NCBI GenBank assembly: GCA_963768425.1
Contig: CAVYHV010000028.1
Span: 1 to 64,000 of the forward strand
Length of the DNA stretch: 64,000 bases
Source: Candidatus Bathyarchaeota archaeon
Lineage (GTDB): Archaea; Thermoproteota; Bathyarchaeia; Bathyarchaeales; Bathycorpusculaceae
Direction: 5' to 3'
The position numbers were made by a program, and so were the translations under genes. Under the pieces are notes generated by a model. That model was not told the DNA's origin. It searched no databases and worked only from the letters and a program-made list of their open reading frames with translations. Every line of letters begins with the position of its first letter. Position 1 is the stretch's first letter. Shown piece by piece: positions 44,235-55,650 of this stretch.

Positions 44235-44552
44235 TCAAGGTTCAAAATTGCCGCGAACAGCAGGTTCATTGCTTCTTGTTTGCCCTCCGCTCCTCTGCAT
44301 TAGCAGTTCGTTTAATTTTTGTTCGAGCTGCTTGATCTTTTTCTGTTGAGCTATAAGTATACTAATCGCCATCGGCTCAAAGATTATAGGTTTGCATGCG
44401 CAGCTGCTCGCTGAAGCAAGATTTCTGCACATATCCATAAGTACATCAAAAGCCTGCATTTCTTCTTCGTTTGGCAGGCCGTTTCGAAAGTTTTTCCATC
44501 TGCCAATTTCGTCTTCCAGAGCCATTCGGTAAGAAGGAACAGTTTTTCCCAT
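44235..44552 (-). CDS. conserved archaeal hypothetical protein (MGKTVPSYRMALE)
   Basis: Coherent ORF ending in a coiled coil. Confidence 0.75.
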   Translation of the reverse strand: MGKTVPSYRMALEDEIGRWKNFRNGLPNEEEMQAFDVLMDMCRNLASASSCACKPIIFEPMAISILIAQQKKIKQLEQKLNELLMQRSGGQTRSNEPAVRGNFEP

Positions 44553-44700
44553 GCTTGCTAAGCCTCCAAGCAACACAATTTCTTTTCCATAGACTTTCAC
44601 GCGAGCTATTGCCTAGAGTTAAACGCTTAAAAACAAAACGTTGAAACTTCATTTTGAAGCAGTGGAGAGGAAGCTGAAAGTGAATCTAAGTTTGCCAAGG

Positions 44701-44979
44701 CTAGGTGGGTTCAAGCGTTACTTCAACGATGCAGCCGGGCAGGCTTGCTCTTTCATCTTCCCAGAGGGATAATGTTGCCTTTTGGATGTATATGCGTCCG
44801 GCTTTTTCCATTTTGGCGTAAAATGACTGCCAGCCTTTGAACCTGTTTGGGATACTGAAATTAACTTTTAGAAGCTGGGAAGGCTCCAACTTGAATTCCG
44901 TTATGATCAATTTTGGAATTTGTACTCTTTCACTTTTCTGAAGTGTCCCTTTGAAGGTTACTTTTCGTGTTAACGTCAT
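44701..44979 (-). CDS. double AbrB/SpoVT-like DNA-binding protein
   Basis: Two swapped-hairpin units (RVQIPK; GRIYIQK). Confidence 0.75.
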   Translation of the reverse strand: MTLTRKVTFKGTLQKSERVQIPKLIITEFKLEPSQLLKVNFSIPNRFKGWQSFYAKMEKAGRIYIQKATLSLWEDERASLPGCIVEVTLEPT

Positions 44980-45000
44980 GTATATTCTTCCTTTTAACTT

Positions 45001-45070
45001 TAAATTGTCTAATAGTGTCTGATAGTGTCTAATTTTGTCTTAAAGTGTCTAATATTGTCTAAGTATGACT
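45001..45070. repeat. 10-bp period tandem repeat (TGTCT core, six copies plus one degenerate)
   Basis: TGTCT ends at 45010, 45020, 45030, 45040, 45050, 45060; TGACT ends at 45070. Confidence 0.9.
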
Positions 45071-45318
45071 CAACCTGCAGATGATTTAAGCTTTTCCACA
45101 GAAAAGCAACCCAAAATACAAACAGAAAAATTTTGTGTCAAAAAATCTGCTGCGTGATTGTTGCTATACTACAACAAATTGTTTTAAGCGCTTGACTGCT
45201 TATGGATTTTACTATCAGCCAATGAGAGACACGCTTGTAGGGAGAGGATGGTTAACACTTTATCTGCTGTCGGAGTCAAAAGAGGAAATTCTGTGTTTTC
45301 TTGCGGGTTTGAAGTTTT

Positions 45319-46257
45319 ATGAGTTCTGAACCTGAGTCACTTAAGGGTTGGGTCACGAGTTTCTGGGGGCACATCGATGAGCTAGTCAGCCGCTTAAAAA
45401 TTGTTCTTGTTGCTCTAATCATCGGCATCGGGGTCGGATGGATTCCTACTACTTTGGCCGGGATCACAAACCCAGTTGGAACCTATCAACCCATGATTGC
45501 GCCTCTAATGGTGCAGTTAAGGAATGAGTTTCTTCCTAAGCAAGCAACTTTGATCGCAGGCGGAATGGCAGACACAGTGTTTGCAATGGCTTACCTATCT
45601 GTGATTGTTGGGATCTTGTTAGCTTCCCCAGTGATATTTTATGAAGTCGTAGCATTCATCAAACCCGCATTATACGACAACGAGAAGAGGGTTCTAGGGA
45701 TTTACTTGGGCTCCTTCATTGGGCTGTTGGTTTTAGGTGTGGTTATGGCTTTCTTTGTTGTTATTCCAATTTCATTTCGAATCTTAATTTACTTCACTAT
45801 CCAAGGAGGCGCCACACCGTCTATCTTCATCAAGGATTTCTACAACTGGATCTACACGATATTTGTTTTATGCGGTGTCTTCTACACCATCCCTATCTTC
45901 GTGGTTATGCTTATCCAGGTTGGAGTTCTCCCCGTTAAATACGTGAGCGGACGCAACAAAATCTTCGCTTACATCGCTCTACTGATGATATTTTGGATAT
46001 TCGGCCCCGACCCCACCCCTGTCACAGGCTTAATCATCATGGCGCCCTTCGTGGTGGTCTTCGAAGTCGCAATCTTTTTCGGCCGAAGAATCGACCGCAC
46101 ACGCAAAAAAAGAAAAGAGGCAGAAGCAACAGGTGGTAGTTATGGAGGGGTAAAAAAAGGTTTCATATCTTTCCCCAAGAACGCCTGCAAATTCTGTAGC
46201 ACCCCCGTTTTAGACGAGGCAGCTTTTTGTCCTGGGTGTCAGCGGGCGATAAAATAA
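45319..46257 (+). CDS. tatC: twin-arginine translocase TatC with C-terminal zinc ribbon
   Basis: FWGHIDELVSRL, FIKPALYDNEK, PDPT motifs; CKFC..CPGC tail. Confidence 0.92.
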   Translation: MSSEPESLKGWVTSFWGHIDELVSRLKIVLVALIIGIGVGWIPTTLAGITNPVGTYQPMIAPLMVQLRNEFLPKQATLIAGGMADTVFAMAYLSVIVGILLASPVIFYEVVAFIKPALYDNEKRVLGIYLGSFIGLLVLGVVMAFFVVIPISFRILIYFTIQGGATPSIFIKDFYNWIYTIFVLCGVFYTIPIFVVMLIQVGVLPVKYVSGRNKIFAYIALLMIFWIFGPDPTPVTGLIIMAPFVVVFEVAIFFGRRIDRTRKKRKEAEATGGSYGGVKKGFISFPKNACKFCSTPVLDEAAFCPGCQRAIK

Positions 46258-46521
46258 GGCATATCTCTCAATTTCTTAACAGAAACCTAACAAGTCGAAG
46301 TTAACAACGCCCAATTTGCGTTTGCAGATTGGATGTTTCGGTTATCGCTGGCAAGGGCAACTATTTTCTGCTGGGGAAGCCTGAAAGTTCCTTAATCGAA
46401 GATCCTGCAAAAAAACCTTGAAACACTCAAGATGAATGATCATACTTGAAAAGTCAGTTAGCTTAAGAAAGTTAGATAATGATAAGGGTTGAAACCCAAG
46501 GTTGTTGAAAGTGGGGTATTC

Positions 46522-46626
46522 TTAATTGAGGGGTTGTGTCCTGAGTTCTAATCTGATGTTGTAAACTACTACAGCTATTGAAGCGAAGATTGCTGCTATT
46601 GAGGCTATATCAATTATTCCAAACAT
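46522..46626 (-). CDS. 34-aa single-TM microprotein (MFGIIDIASIAAIFASIAVVVYNIRLELRTQPLN)
   Basis: GGTGA SD, TATA, upstream motif; paralog at 53146. Confidence 0.7.
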   Translation of the reverse strand: MFGIIDIASIAAIFASIAVVVYNIRLELRTQPLN

Positions 46627-46681
46627 ATTTTCACCATTTTATTTTATAAGTACATACTTGCTCAGCTGAATATAAATATGG

Positions 46682-46697
46682 TTGTGATTTGTTCATA
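46682..46697 (-). promoter_or_regulatory. regulon motif TATGAACAAATCACAA just upstream of a TATA box
   Basis: Five copies at the same spacing from TATA. Confidence 0.75.
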
Positions 46698-46795
46698 ATA
46701 TTTCATAAACACTAAACAACCGTCTAAATCCCAACAGAAAATTTATATGGAATAACAACCATTATAACATCAACTAAAACAGAAGGAAAAATAAA

Positions 46796-47032
46796 ATGAA
46801 AGCCTACATACTCCTAAGCACAAAACCCGGCACTTCACTGGAAGTCGTCCAAAGATTAAAAGAAAAAGTCAAAGAAACAATCACCGCAGACGCCATATTC
46901 GGCCGATACGACGCAATAGTAATATTGGAAGCACCAGCACTCGAAGAAATAAACCAAGTTGTTTACAAAATAATCGAAAAAGACCCCAACGTCATCCGAA
47001 CAGAAACATCCATCGTGCTATCACCAATGTAG
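46796..47032 (+). CDS. stand-alone Lrp/AsnC ligand-binding (RAM) domain protein
   Basis: KAYILL..FGRYDAIV..TETSI; no HTH. Confidence 0.9.
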   Translation: MKAYILLSTKPGTSLEVVQRLKEKVKETITADAIFGRYDAIVILEAPALEEINQVVYKIIEKDPNVIRTETSIVLSPM

Positions 47033-47126
47033 AAGCTAGAATAGAAGACAACCAAAACCCAATTTTTTCTTTTTTAATTTAAAAGACTATTTCTAGAAAA
47101 AATGTTGATAACAAAATTTGAGGTTT

Positions 47127-47426
47127 TCAGCTCCAGTTGTCCTGGAGGAGCTTGGCCATTTCTTCTGGACATTTTGGTCCTTTGTGTGCTTTAAGAACGA
47201 TGGAGCTAACGGTGCTTTTTACGCCTTTTATTTTCATGATTTTGTTTTTGAGGATATCACGGAATTCTTCGATGTCTGCTGCTGATACCAGGGTTACGAT
47301 GTCGAATTCGCCTGTGACTTCGTACAGTTCTTCAAGATGTTCTAGTTGGGCAAGCGAGATTAAGACATTGTCCATTTCTGGGGATTCTACAAATATGTCC
47401 ACGAATGCTAATAGTTTTGGCATATT
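47127..47426 (-). CDS. stand-alone Lrp/AsnC RAM domain protein
   Basis: YEVTGEFDIV..IKGVKST. Confidence 0.9.
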   Translation of the reverse strand, partial: NMPKLLAFVDIFVESPEMDNVLISLAQLEHLEELYEVTGEFDIVTLVSAADIEEFRDILKNKIMKIKGVKSTVSSIVLKAHKGPKCPEEMAKLLQDNWS

Positions 47427-47569
47427 GGTCGTCTTGCTTATCTGAACATGAGTTCGGATATTTATACTTTTCTCGCCATGCAGCACAATTACTTTCATCA
47501 TTGCCCTACAATTGCACAGCAAATCAACTTAATAGTTGGACAATGTTAAAAAAGCTGCCGCTAACATTC

Positions 47570-48080
47570 TTAGCACCAGCGAGCTGAACTCAAAATAGTG
47601 CATCTAACCATTTACCGGTGAAATTACTGTAAACAGAAGGATAATCTTTTATCAGCTGCAAATTAAGTCTGCAAAACGTTAACGTATGGGCTGCCAAAAA
47701 TCCAAAATGTTCCCTGTTGATTCTGATTAACAATGTTTGTTAAAGAAGTCAGCAGAAATACCTGTTGCGTTGCTTATTCCTGGAATCTGCGAATAGGCAT
47801 CTTGAAGCGTGATGTCTGGGTCTACGCCTGATGCGGATGGGATCTGAGGTTTCGTTTCTTGTATGGAAGAAAATGGGCAGAGTGAAGTTTTGCGCTATAA
47901 GGTTTGACCCGACTGTTTGCCCGTTAAGTTTAGCAAGGTCGCCGTTTGCTTGGTTGGGAAAGAAAGCTTGGCCTATGCCTGTGATTAGAAACGGGTAAAG
48001 TAGTCCGCAGATCAGCAGCGAAACCAATGCTAATCCGATGATCGGTTTGAAGTTCCATTTTTCTTTTTGTTTTCAGTCAT
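47570..48080 (-). CDS. kdpC: K+-transporting ATPase subunit C, frameshifted
   Basis: [25 protein letters not shown]; SGVDP. Confidence 0.88.
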
Positions 48081-48091
48081 GTCATTTTCTC

Positions 48092-50267
48092 CTAAACATG
48101 AAATACTCCATGCGAGAAGCAGGTCGATTAGTTTGATTCCGATGAATGGCACGATAACTCCGCCTACACCGTAGATTAAAGTGTTCTTGAGGAACAGCGT
48201 CATGGTGCTGGTTGGTTTGAAGGCGATGCCGCGCATAGCAAGCGGAATCAGAAGCGGAATGATTATTGCGTTAAAGATGAGAGCTGACAACACAGCGCTT
48301 TGCATAAGACCCAAATGCAAGATGTTAAGGCTGCTCAGTTGTGGAATGGCGACTGCGAAGATAACTGGCATGATTGCGAAGTATTTTGACAGTCGTTGGC
48401 GATGCTGAAAGCTGTAACTGCGCCTCTGGTCATCAGCAGTTGTTTTCCCAACATGACAACGTCGATTATTTTTGCTGGGTTAGATTCCAAGTCAACCATG
48501 TTTGCGGCTTCTTTTGCTGCTTCAGTGCCAGAGTTCATTGCTAACCCAACATCTGCAGCTGAAAGTGCTGGCGCGTCGTTGGTTCCGTCGCCAATCATGG
48601 CTACGATTCTGTTTTCAGCCTGCTCTCTTTTAGCTATTTTATATTTGTCTTCAGGTTTAGCTTGAGCAACGTACTCGTCGATTCCAACTTCTGCAGCGAT
48701 GCTTTTTGCAGTAAGCGGCTGGTCGCCAGTAATCATGACGGGGCGAATTCCCATGATTTTGAGCGCTTGAATCTTTTCTTTGATGCCTTCTTTAAGCACA
48801 TCTTTAAGCCTGATTATTCCGATAGCTACGCCGTTTCGCATGATGGCTATGGGGGTTTCTCCAGCTGCAGAAATGCCTTCCACAACTAAATCATAGTTTT
48901 TGGGAACAGTAGTTGACAGTTTTTTGATTGATTCAGGAGCGCCTTTCATAATGTCAATTTCGGGTTCAAGCATGTCAGCTTCAGTTTCTTCCAGCTGCAA
49001 TAGAGGCTTTTCTTCGAATTCGCATTCGCTCTCTTCCTGACTTGTCGCCTTTTGGCAGGGTGAGACCAGATGTGAGTTATTTTTACTCCGCTTGTTCGGG
49101 TGACAGCTGAGAAGGGGTATACTTCTGAGGTTGCAAGTGAGTTTAGTTCTTTTGGCACGAAGCCTTTTTCGTAGGCAAGTTTCAGTATGCTTCGTCCTTC
49201 AGGGGTGTCATCGTGCCAAGAGGACAGGAACGCTGCTTCGCCGACATCTTCTTCCGTGTAGCCTTCAAACGCGAACGAACTCTATGGCTTGTCGGTTGCC
49301 CACGGTGATTGTGCCTGTCTTATCTAAGAGGACAACATCTGCGTCTCCTGCGGTTTCTATGGCTTTGCCTGATTTTGCGATGATTTTGCTTTTGTAGAGT
49401 CGGGACATGCCTGAGAGACCGATGGCTGGCAGCAGGGCGCCTATGGTTGTGGGAAGAAGGCAAACGTAGAGTGCAATGAGCACTGACAAGTCGGCTCCAA
49501 GGCCAAGCGTTACTGATGTGCCAAGCAATGCAACTATGATTATGGTGAATATGGCGGTTAAGCCGATGAGAACCATGGTTATGGCAACTTCGTTTGGAGT
49601 CTTTGGTCGCTTGGAGGATTCCACCATCTTTATCATTTGGTCGATGAAGGTTTCTCCAGGGTTAGTTGTAACCTTCGCCGTCAAAGTGTCGCTGGCAAGA
49701 CGTGAACCTCCGATAAGCGAATCTCCAGGCGCCTTCCTGACAGGGGCTGATTCGCCTGTGACAAGCGACTCATCAACCATCGCAATTCCCTCGATAACAT
49801 CAGCGTCTAAGGGAACAATGTCGCCTGCTTCAATGTGGACCAGGTCGTCTTTTCTAAGCTCAGTTGATTTCACAGTCACTATTTTTCTAGTCCATTCTTC
49901 AGTGATTATTTTCTTGCTGGGCACTTCTGTTTCCAGTTTTCCGAGGCTTCCAGCGGTGCTTTTTGCTTGTTGCTCTGCAAGCGCATCAGAGAGCGTGCTG
50001 AACCAGACTGTGATTAGGAGGATGACGGCGACTTCAATGTAGAAGATTTGCAGGCTGGGGCTAGCTACTGGCACGAATGCTTGTGGGACTATAGCCATCG
50101 CTGCGACGATGAAGAATGTGATTTCAACGATGAACATCACTGGGTTTTTGAGCAGAGATTTAGGATTGAGGCGAACGACAGAGTCAACTAGCACTTTTCT
50201 GGAGAAGGCTGACCGCATTCCAGTGGGCGCCGATTCTTTGCTTTCTCTGAATTCAACGGGTTTTCAT
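48092..50267 (-). CDS. kdpB: K+-transporting P-type ATPase subunit B, frameshifted
   Basis: [35 protein letters not shown] motifs. Confidence 0.95.
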
Positions 50268-51932
50268 TGGCCAAAGCCGTTCACCAATCCTTTGAAGAAT
50301 GATGCTATTGGTCCAATTGCCAGGAACGGGAAGAACGTCAACACCACCAGTATGATGATGCTGGCAACCAAGACTATAGTGAATATCAGCGTGTCAGTTT
50401 TTAGACCCGAAGTTGTTCCGCCGCGTTTTCTGCCAATCATTGAACCTGAAAGCGCCAACAATATGGCTATGGGAGCATAGCGTCCAATGAGCATCACGAT
50501 GGCGGTTGCTATGTTGAAGAACGGCGTGTTTGCTGAGGCACCTAAGAAGTCTGAGCCGTTGTTGGCGGCGGCGCTGGTGAATTCATAGAGAATCTGCGTG
50601 TACCCGACAGAGTTTCCACTCACTCCTATCGCAGATACTGCACCTGACGCGTAGGCTACCACGGTAGGTATAAGTATGATGATTGGATGAATAAGAAACG
50701 CAATCATTACAAGTTTAACGTCGCGTCCTGTGATTTTCATGCCTAAGTATTCAGGGGTTCTTCCCGACATGAAACCGACGATGAAGACTGTTATTATAAT
50801 GTACATGACCATGTACATCATGCCTACGCCTTTTCCGCCTGGAATTGACTGAATAAACATGCCCAAGAAACCCAGAAAGTATCGTCAGAGGATGGTTTCC
50901 CAGTAAAGCTGAGTTCAGCGAGCCTGTTGTAGCGGCGGTTGTTGTGACAGTATAGAAACTGGACATGAAGCCGCCGAACCGGACTTCAATGCCTGGAGCC
51001 ACCAAGGGAAGGGCTGGAATGAACGCTATGACTAAGATTTACTCCGAAGAGAATGTAAGCGCCCCACAGAAGCGGTCTGGATTCGGTTTTTTTGCCAATC
51101 ATTTGTCCGAAAACAAAGATTAACGCTGTGGGAAGCAGAAGCATAAGAGAAATCATGAGGATGTTGGTAATCGGCGAGGGATTCATGAAGGGGTAGGCAG
51201 CGTTTGCCCCGTAGTATCCGCCGCCGTTGGTGCCTATTTGCATGATGGAGTCAAGAGAAGCCACTGGCCCAACAAAAATTGTTTGCGCGGCGCCTTCTAT
51301 GGTTTTTACTGTGGTGTAGCCGTTGAGGGTTTGGGGTACGCCTAAGGCGAGAAAGATTATTGCAGCTATAATGGCAGAGTGGCAGGAAAATTCTTGTTAT
51401 GGATCTGGTGAAGTCAACGTAGAAGTTGCCCATGTCTTTGGAGCCAACGACCAATCCGCGGATAAATGCGATGCCCATGCAAAGTCCCGTTATTGCGGAG
51501 GTAACATTGAAGCCATTGCAGAACGCCCATTTGGCTAAGATATGAAAAAGCGGCTTCGCCACTATAATGCTGCAGATCCGTGTTTGTTGCAAACGAGACT
51601 ACTTGCATGAAGGCAAGGTCAGGATGTATGCCGGGGAAACCCATGGGATTAAGCGGCAAATTGCCTTGGAAGACAAGGATCAGAAAGCCAATAACCATCA
51701 TAACAACGTTTAGCAGCAAGCCTGCAAGGAAGTACTGTTTCCAACCCATCGTCTGCTCTGTGTTTACGCCTGTGATTTTGTAGATGAAGTTCTCGATTGG
51801 ATTGAATATTTTGTCTAGACGGCTTGGTTTTCGCTTAAAGACTCCGGTGATGTAGGGCGCTATAAGCCAAGCTAAGAGTATTGTTACTCCAAGTATAAGG
51901 ATAACTGACAGCGCTTGAACTGCATCGATCAA
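50264..51932 (-). CDS. kdpA: K+-transporting ATPase subunit A, frameshifted
   Basis: [26 protein letters not shown] motifs. Confidence 0.95.
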
Positions 51933-51984
51933 TTAATCCGAAACTCCAAATAACATTTGTGTTCACTATGGCTCCTATCCCCAA

Positions 51985-52272
51985 CTAAGTGGTTGATGTA
52001 ATGTTGGTTTTTTCTTGGCACCTTGGTCCTTTATGAGGCTGCAATATTATAGTGCTTATGGTGCTTTTTACGCCTTTAATTTTCATGATTTGCTTCTGCA
52101 GAATATCTCGAAATTCTTCAAGCGTTGAAGTGCAAACTAGGGTGACGATGTCGTATTCGCCTGCGACTTCGTAGACTTCTTCAATGTTGTTAAGCTTTGA
52201 CAGAGCAGCTAATACATTGTCTATTTGTGTTGACTCGGCGAAGATGTTGACTGAAGCTAAGAAACGGCTCAT
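51985..52272 (-). CDS. stand-alone Lrp/AsnC RAM domain protein
   Basis: Close paralog of 47127..47426 (IMKIKGVKST..HKGP). Confidence 0.9.
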   Translation of the reverse strand: MSRFLASVNIFAESTQIDNVLAALSKLNNIEEVYEVAGEYDIVTLVCTSTLEEFRDILQKQIMKIKGVKSTISTIILQPHKGPRCQEKTNITSTT

Positions 52273-52355
52273 TTTAAGCCGCCTCCATCAACACAACAGA
52301 ACACATTGAAACACAATTTAAGTTGTAACATAATCATCGATTCCGAGGAGAGTTC

Positions 52356-52457
52356 TCATGGAACCTCTTTGAGGTTCTTTCCTATTTTGATAAAGAAGGC
52401 TGAAAAATAGACTGCTTCTTTTGCACTATCAGAGATTTCTGATTTAGAGTATTGCAT
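52356..52457 (-). CDS. putative 33-aa microprotein at the head of the kdp operon
   Basis: AGGAG SD upstream; ATG to TGA. Confidence 0.35.
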   Translation of the reverse strand: MQYSKSEISDSAKEAVYFSAFFIKIGKNLKEVP

Positions 52458-52515
52458 TTAGAGCCTTCTTTTTCTCCTTTTAACATAGGGTATGGAATCC
52501 ATTATTTAAGGTTGA

Positions 52516-52531
52516 TTGTGATTTGTTCATA
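52516..52531 (-). promoter_or_regulatory. regulon motif upstream of the kdp operon TATA
   Basis: Identical 16-mer to 46682-46697. Confidence 0.75.
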
Positions 52532-53054
52532 CTTTCTTAATAATGTCATGAACATTTTGTGAAAATAATTGAAAAAGTTAGAAAAAAAGCATAGACAAAA
52601 GGAACAAACTTGAAAGTTTATTGGTTGAGCTACCTAAATCACTGAACGAAAAACCGTCTTCACAGCACTTTGTTGCGCCATTTTCCAGCATTCAAGTAGT
52701 TTTTGGCGCGTTTGTTTAATGCATGCTCGTGCTGTTCCACTGATATACCAGTGGGTCAGCCATTTTGGCAAAGCACTGTCCAATCTAAAAGGGTCAGGAG
52801 GAGCCAGGCGTTTGTCCGGGCCAATTGGAACTATTAAGGTGGAATTAGTACACGTAAAGATGTTTCAAAGATTTTCTTAGGATGGCACTTCTTTTAGACA
52901 CCATATTTGGAAGAGGAAACTTTACCTCCAATTCGCAAAGGCGATGTGTTTAAATCCAAGAAAGATGTCGACTACAGCACATGTCCAAACAAATCGCAAT
53001 TTCTCAGCCAAACGTCTAAGTTTCTAATTTATCTCTGTCACAGCTTTTTTGTTT

Positions 53055-53081
53055 TTCATAAAAGTTATGAACGATTCACAA
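53055..53081 (+). promoter_or_regulatory. regulon motif (TTCATA-N5-TATGAACGATTCACAA)
   Basis: 5 nt before the TTTATATA box. Confidence 0.75.
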
Positions 53082-53145
53082 TTACATTTATATAGGATGC
53101 TCTATCAATAGAGATTGTTCAATAAAATTTAAATCAGGTGGAAAA

Positions 53146-53241
53146 ATGTTTGGATTATTAGATTTAGTCTGGACATGCGTAATATTAGGGTCAATTGCGA
53201 CGATTGGCTACCAGATTCGTTTACAGCTAAGAATAAAGTAA
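53146..53241 (+). CDS. 31-aa single-TM microprotein (MFGLLDLVWTCVILGSIATIGYQIRLQLRIK)
   Basis: GGTG SD, TATA, motif; paralog of 46522..46626. Confidence 0.7.
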   Translation: MFGLLDLVWTCVILGSIATIGYQIRLQLRIK

Positions 53242-53544
53242 CGCCGTAAAATTCACGCCTTTGTTTACACCTCCAATATTACCATTTTTTATTGAAAAGA
53301 GCCAAAATATGCAATGCGAAGCAGCATAAAATAGCCAATCTTTATGGCAGTTCGAAATGTTTGTGTAAGCGATGGCAAGGCAATAGACCTCAAGGTCATA
53401 GGCCGTTTTAGGTTTTGCTATAGGAAGCGCGTTGTTTTGTCCTCTTTTCTTGCACGTAACTAATTTTTTGTTTGTTCAACAAAAACATCCGTCAATGGTA
53501 TTTTGTACACTAATTTACTGATTTAACCAAAATACTTACAGTTA

Positions 53545-53571
53545 TTCATAATTATTATGAACAAATCTTAA
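53545..53571 (+). promoter_or_regulatory. regulon motif (TTCATA-N5-TATGAACAAATCTTAA)
   Basis: 5 nt before the TTTATAT box. Confidence 0.75.
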
Positions 53572-53626
53572 CCAAGTTTATATTTCCTAGATTTGCTATG
53601 TTGTACTAAAAGTTCGGTGTTACTAG

Positions 53627-53764
53627 ATGAAAAAGGAAATGGAATCTCCAAATGTGAAAAAGACAAGCAGAAAGCACGTCGCATTACTCGTTAAAAAAGG
53701 GAAAAAAGTATTTCCCGCTATTTCCAGCTTGCCATTTAGAGGAGGGAAAATAGATACCTACTGA
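53627..53764 (+). CDS. putative 45-aa basic microprotein upstream of the permease
   Basis: GGTG SD; ATG to TGA. Confidence 0.35.
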   Translation: MKKEMESPNVKKTSRKHVALLVKKGKKVFPAISSLPFRGGKIDTY

Positions 53765-55362
53765 CTCTACAGGTGAACAAACGCAGAAGTCCCCGGCATT
53801 GAAAAAAACTCTCGGCCTCGGAGGCGTTACGATAAACGCCATGGCCTTGATTGCTCCAGGAGCATTCTTATGGCTCACTTTCCAGATAAACGCAGCCCAG
53901 ACCTCGCCGGCTGGCGCTTCAACAGCTAACGACATATTTTTTGGCCTTACAATAGCATTAATTTTGGCGTTCCTAACTGCCGCTTCTTATTCGTGGCTAG
54001 CACAACGTTACCCCGATGCTGGTCCTGGCAGTTCGTATTATTTTGCTCAAAGAGCCTTGCTAGACAACGGAGCCAGCAACACTTCGAGCTAGAAACGCCA
54101 AGTTCGGTGTCGGATGGATTTCTCACCTCTACTACTGGGTTTATCCAGGGGTCATGGTTGCAGCAATGTCTATCCTGCTTACATGGATTTTATCTGTACT
54201 AGGTTTCGGCGTTTCTCCATTAGGCGAAATAGCTATTGCCTGTGTATTTGCAGTCGTTACAGGTGCTATAGCGTACCGCGGGATTCAAGGATCAACGAAA
54301 ACGAACCTTCTTCTCAACGTAGTTCAAATCGGGATGCTTGTCGTCATCACTGGAATGGCATTGGCATTCCGTCTTACGAACCCTCAACATGTAAGCTTCA
54401 CTTTCACTAGCCTTGGCGGAATAGTTACACCTCACGATATCAGCTTCGTGCTATTTCAAGCAACCATCGCTATCTTAGTACTAGTCGGATTCGAATCCGC
54501 AACTGCTTACACCGGAGAAGCCAAAGATCCCAAGGTCGTTCCAAAAGCAATCATCTTGTCATTGATTATTCAAGGAGCCTTCGCGTATCTGTTCGAGTAC
54601 TTCGGAGCTGAGGCATGGATGAACTCCAGCTACACCATAACTTCTGGCGGCAAGATTTATTCAGGATTTGGCGCTGCTGCGGTCTCAAGCGCTCCCATTG
54701 GTGATATGGTTCGCAACCTTGGGAACGTATTCCTCGGAGGCAACGGCTTCACACTAGAGTTAATAATAGCTGCAATCGTGGCCGCTGCAATATTAGGTAC
54801 TACCCTCGCATGCATGAACACTGGTGTTAGAGTAACCTACGCTATTAGCCGAGACACCGAAGTACCTTATCACCTTAGCAAGCTAAACCCAAAATACTCT
54901 ACTCCAGCGATCGGGATCTGGGTAATGACCGCCGTTGCAGCCGCCATAGGATCTTTCGGAGTACTGACGATAACAAACCTAACATCTATTACGTTGCTAT
55001 CTAACTTTGGCACCTTCCTGCTTTACGGACTAACAAACATTGTCGCACTGATCGCCTTCACTAAAGAGAGAGCTTCAATACTAAAACGCAGAGTAATTCC
55101 AATCGCAGGCTTCGCTGCTAACGCAGTCATGATGGCCACTATTGTGTACCTCAGCTTTGCAGGCGGAGGGGCTTCAGCATCAGAAGGAATCTTTGCTATA
55201 GCTGGCACGGCAATATGGTTGGGAATAGGGTTAATCTATTTCCGGTTTAACTCAAAATCAAAGCCTTCCGGTTTGTTTCCGTTCCCAGGCAAAGATGAGG
55301 ACGAAAGCGAGCCAACGAAGGCTGTCAAATCCAGAACCCTAATGTTCTGGAAAAAAGATTAA
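53754..55362 (+). CDS. APC-family permease, frameshifted
   Basis: LKKTLG, YPDAGPGSSY, VGFESA, RVTYAISRD motifs; ~12 TM. Confidence 0.9.
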
Positions 55363-55650
55363 ACCCCATTTTTCCCTTTTTTGTTATATAAGAAGAATAA
55401 CAATGCTCAGCATTTCCAGATTATTGTTGTTCTTCTAAAAAAAGCATTCTTGAATAGAGATAGTGGAGATGCAATCGTATAGGAAATCGGCTTTTCACTC
55501 CCAACTTTATCATTACGGCTGTTACAAACCGCTATTGACTATTTTAGACTCAACCTACAATCAATCCAAAACCCATTTCAAAAGAGCAAACAAAAACACA
55601 AAAAAACTGCCAGCTTACAAATTAGGGGTGCCCTCTGTTTCACTGTTTAC

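Noticed and set aside
48181-51783. Long + strand ORFs across the kdp operon (and similar ones elsewhere)
   Set aside because: They are antisense shadows of well-supported minus-strand genes.
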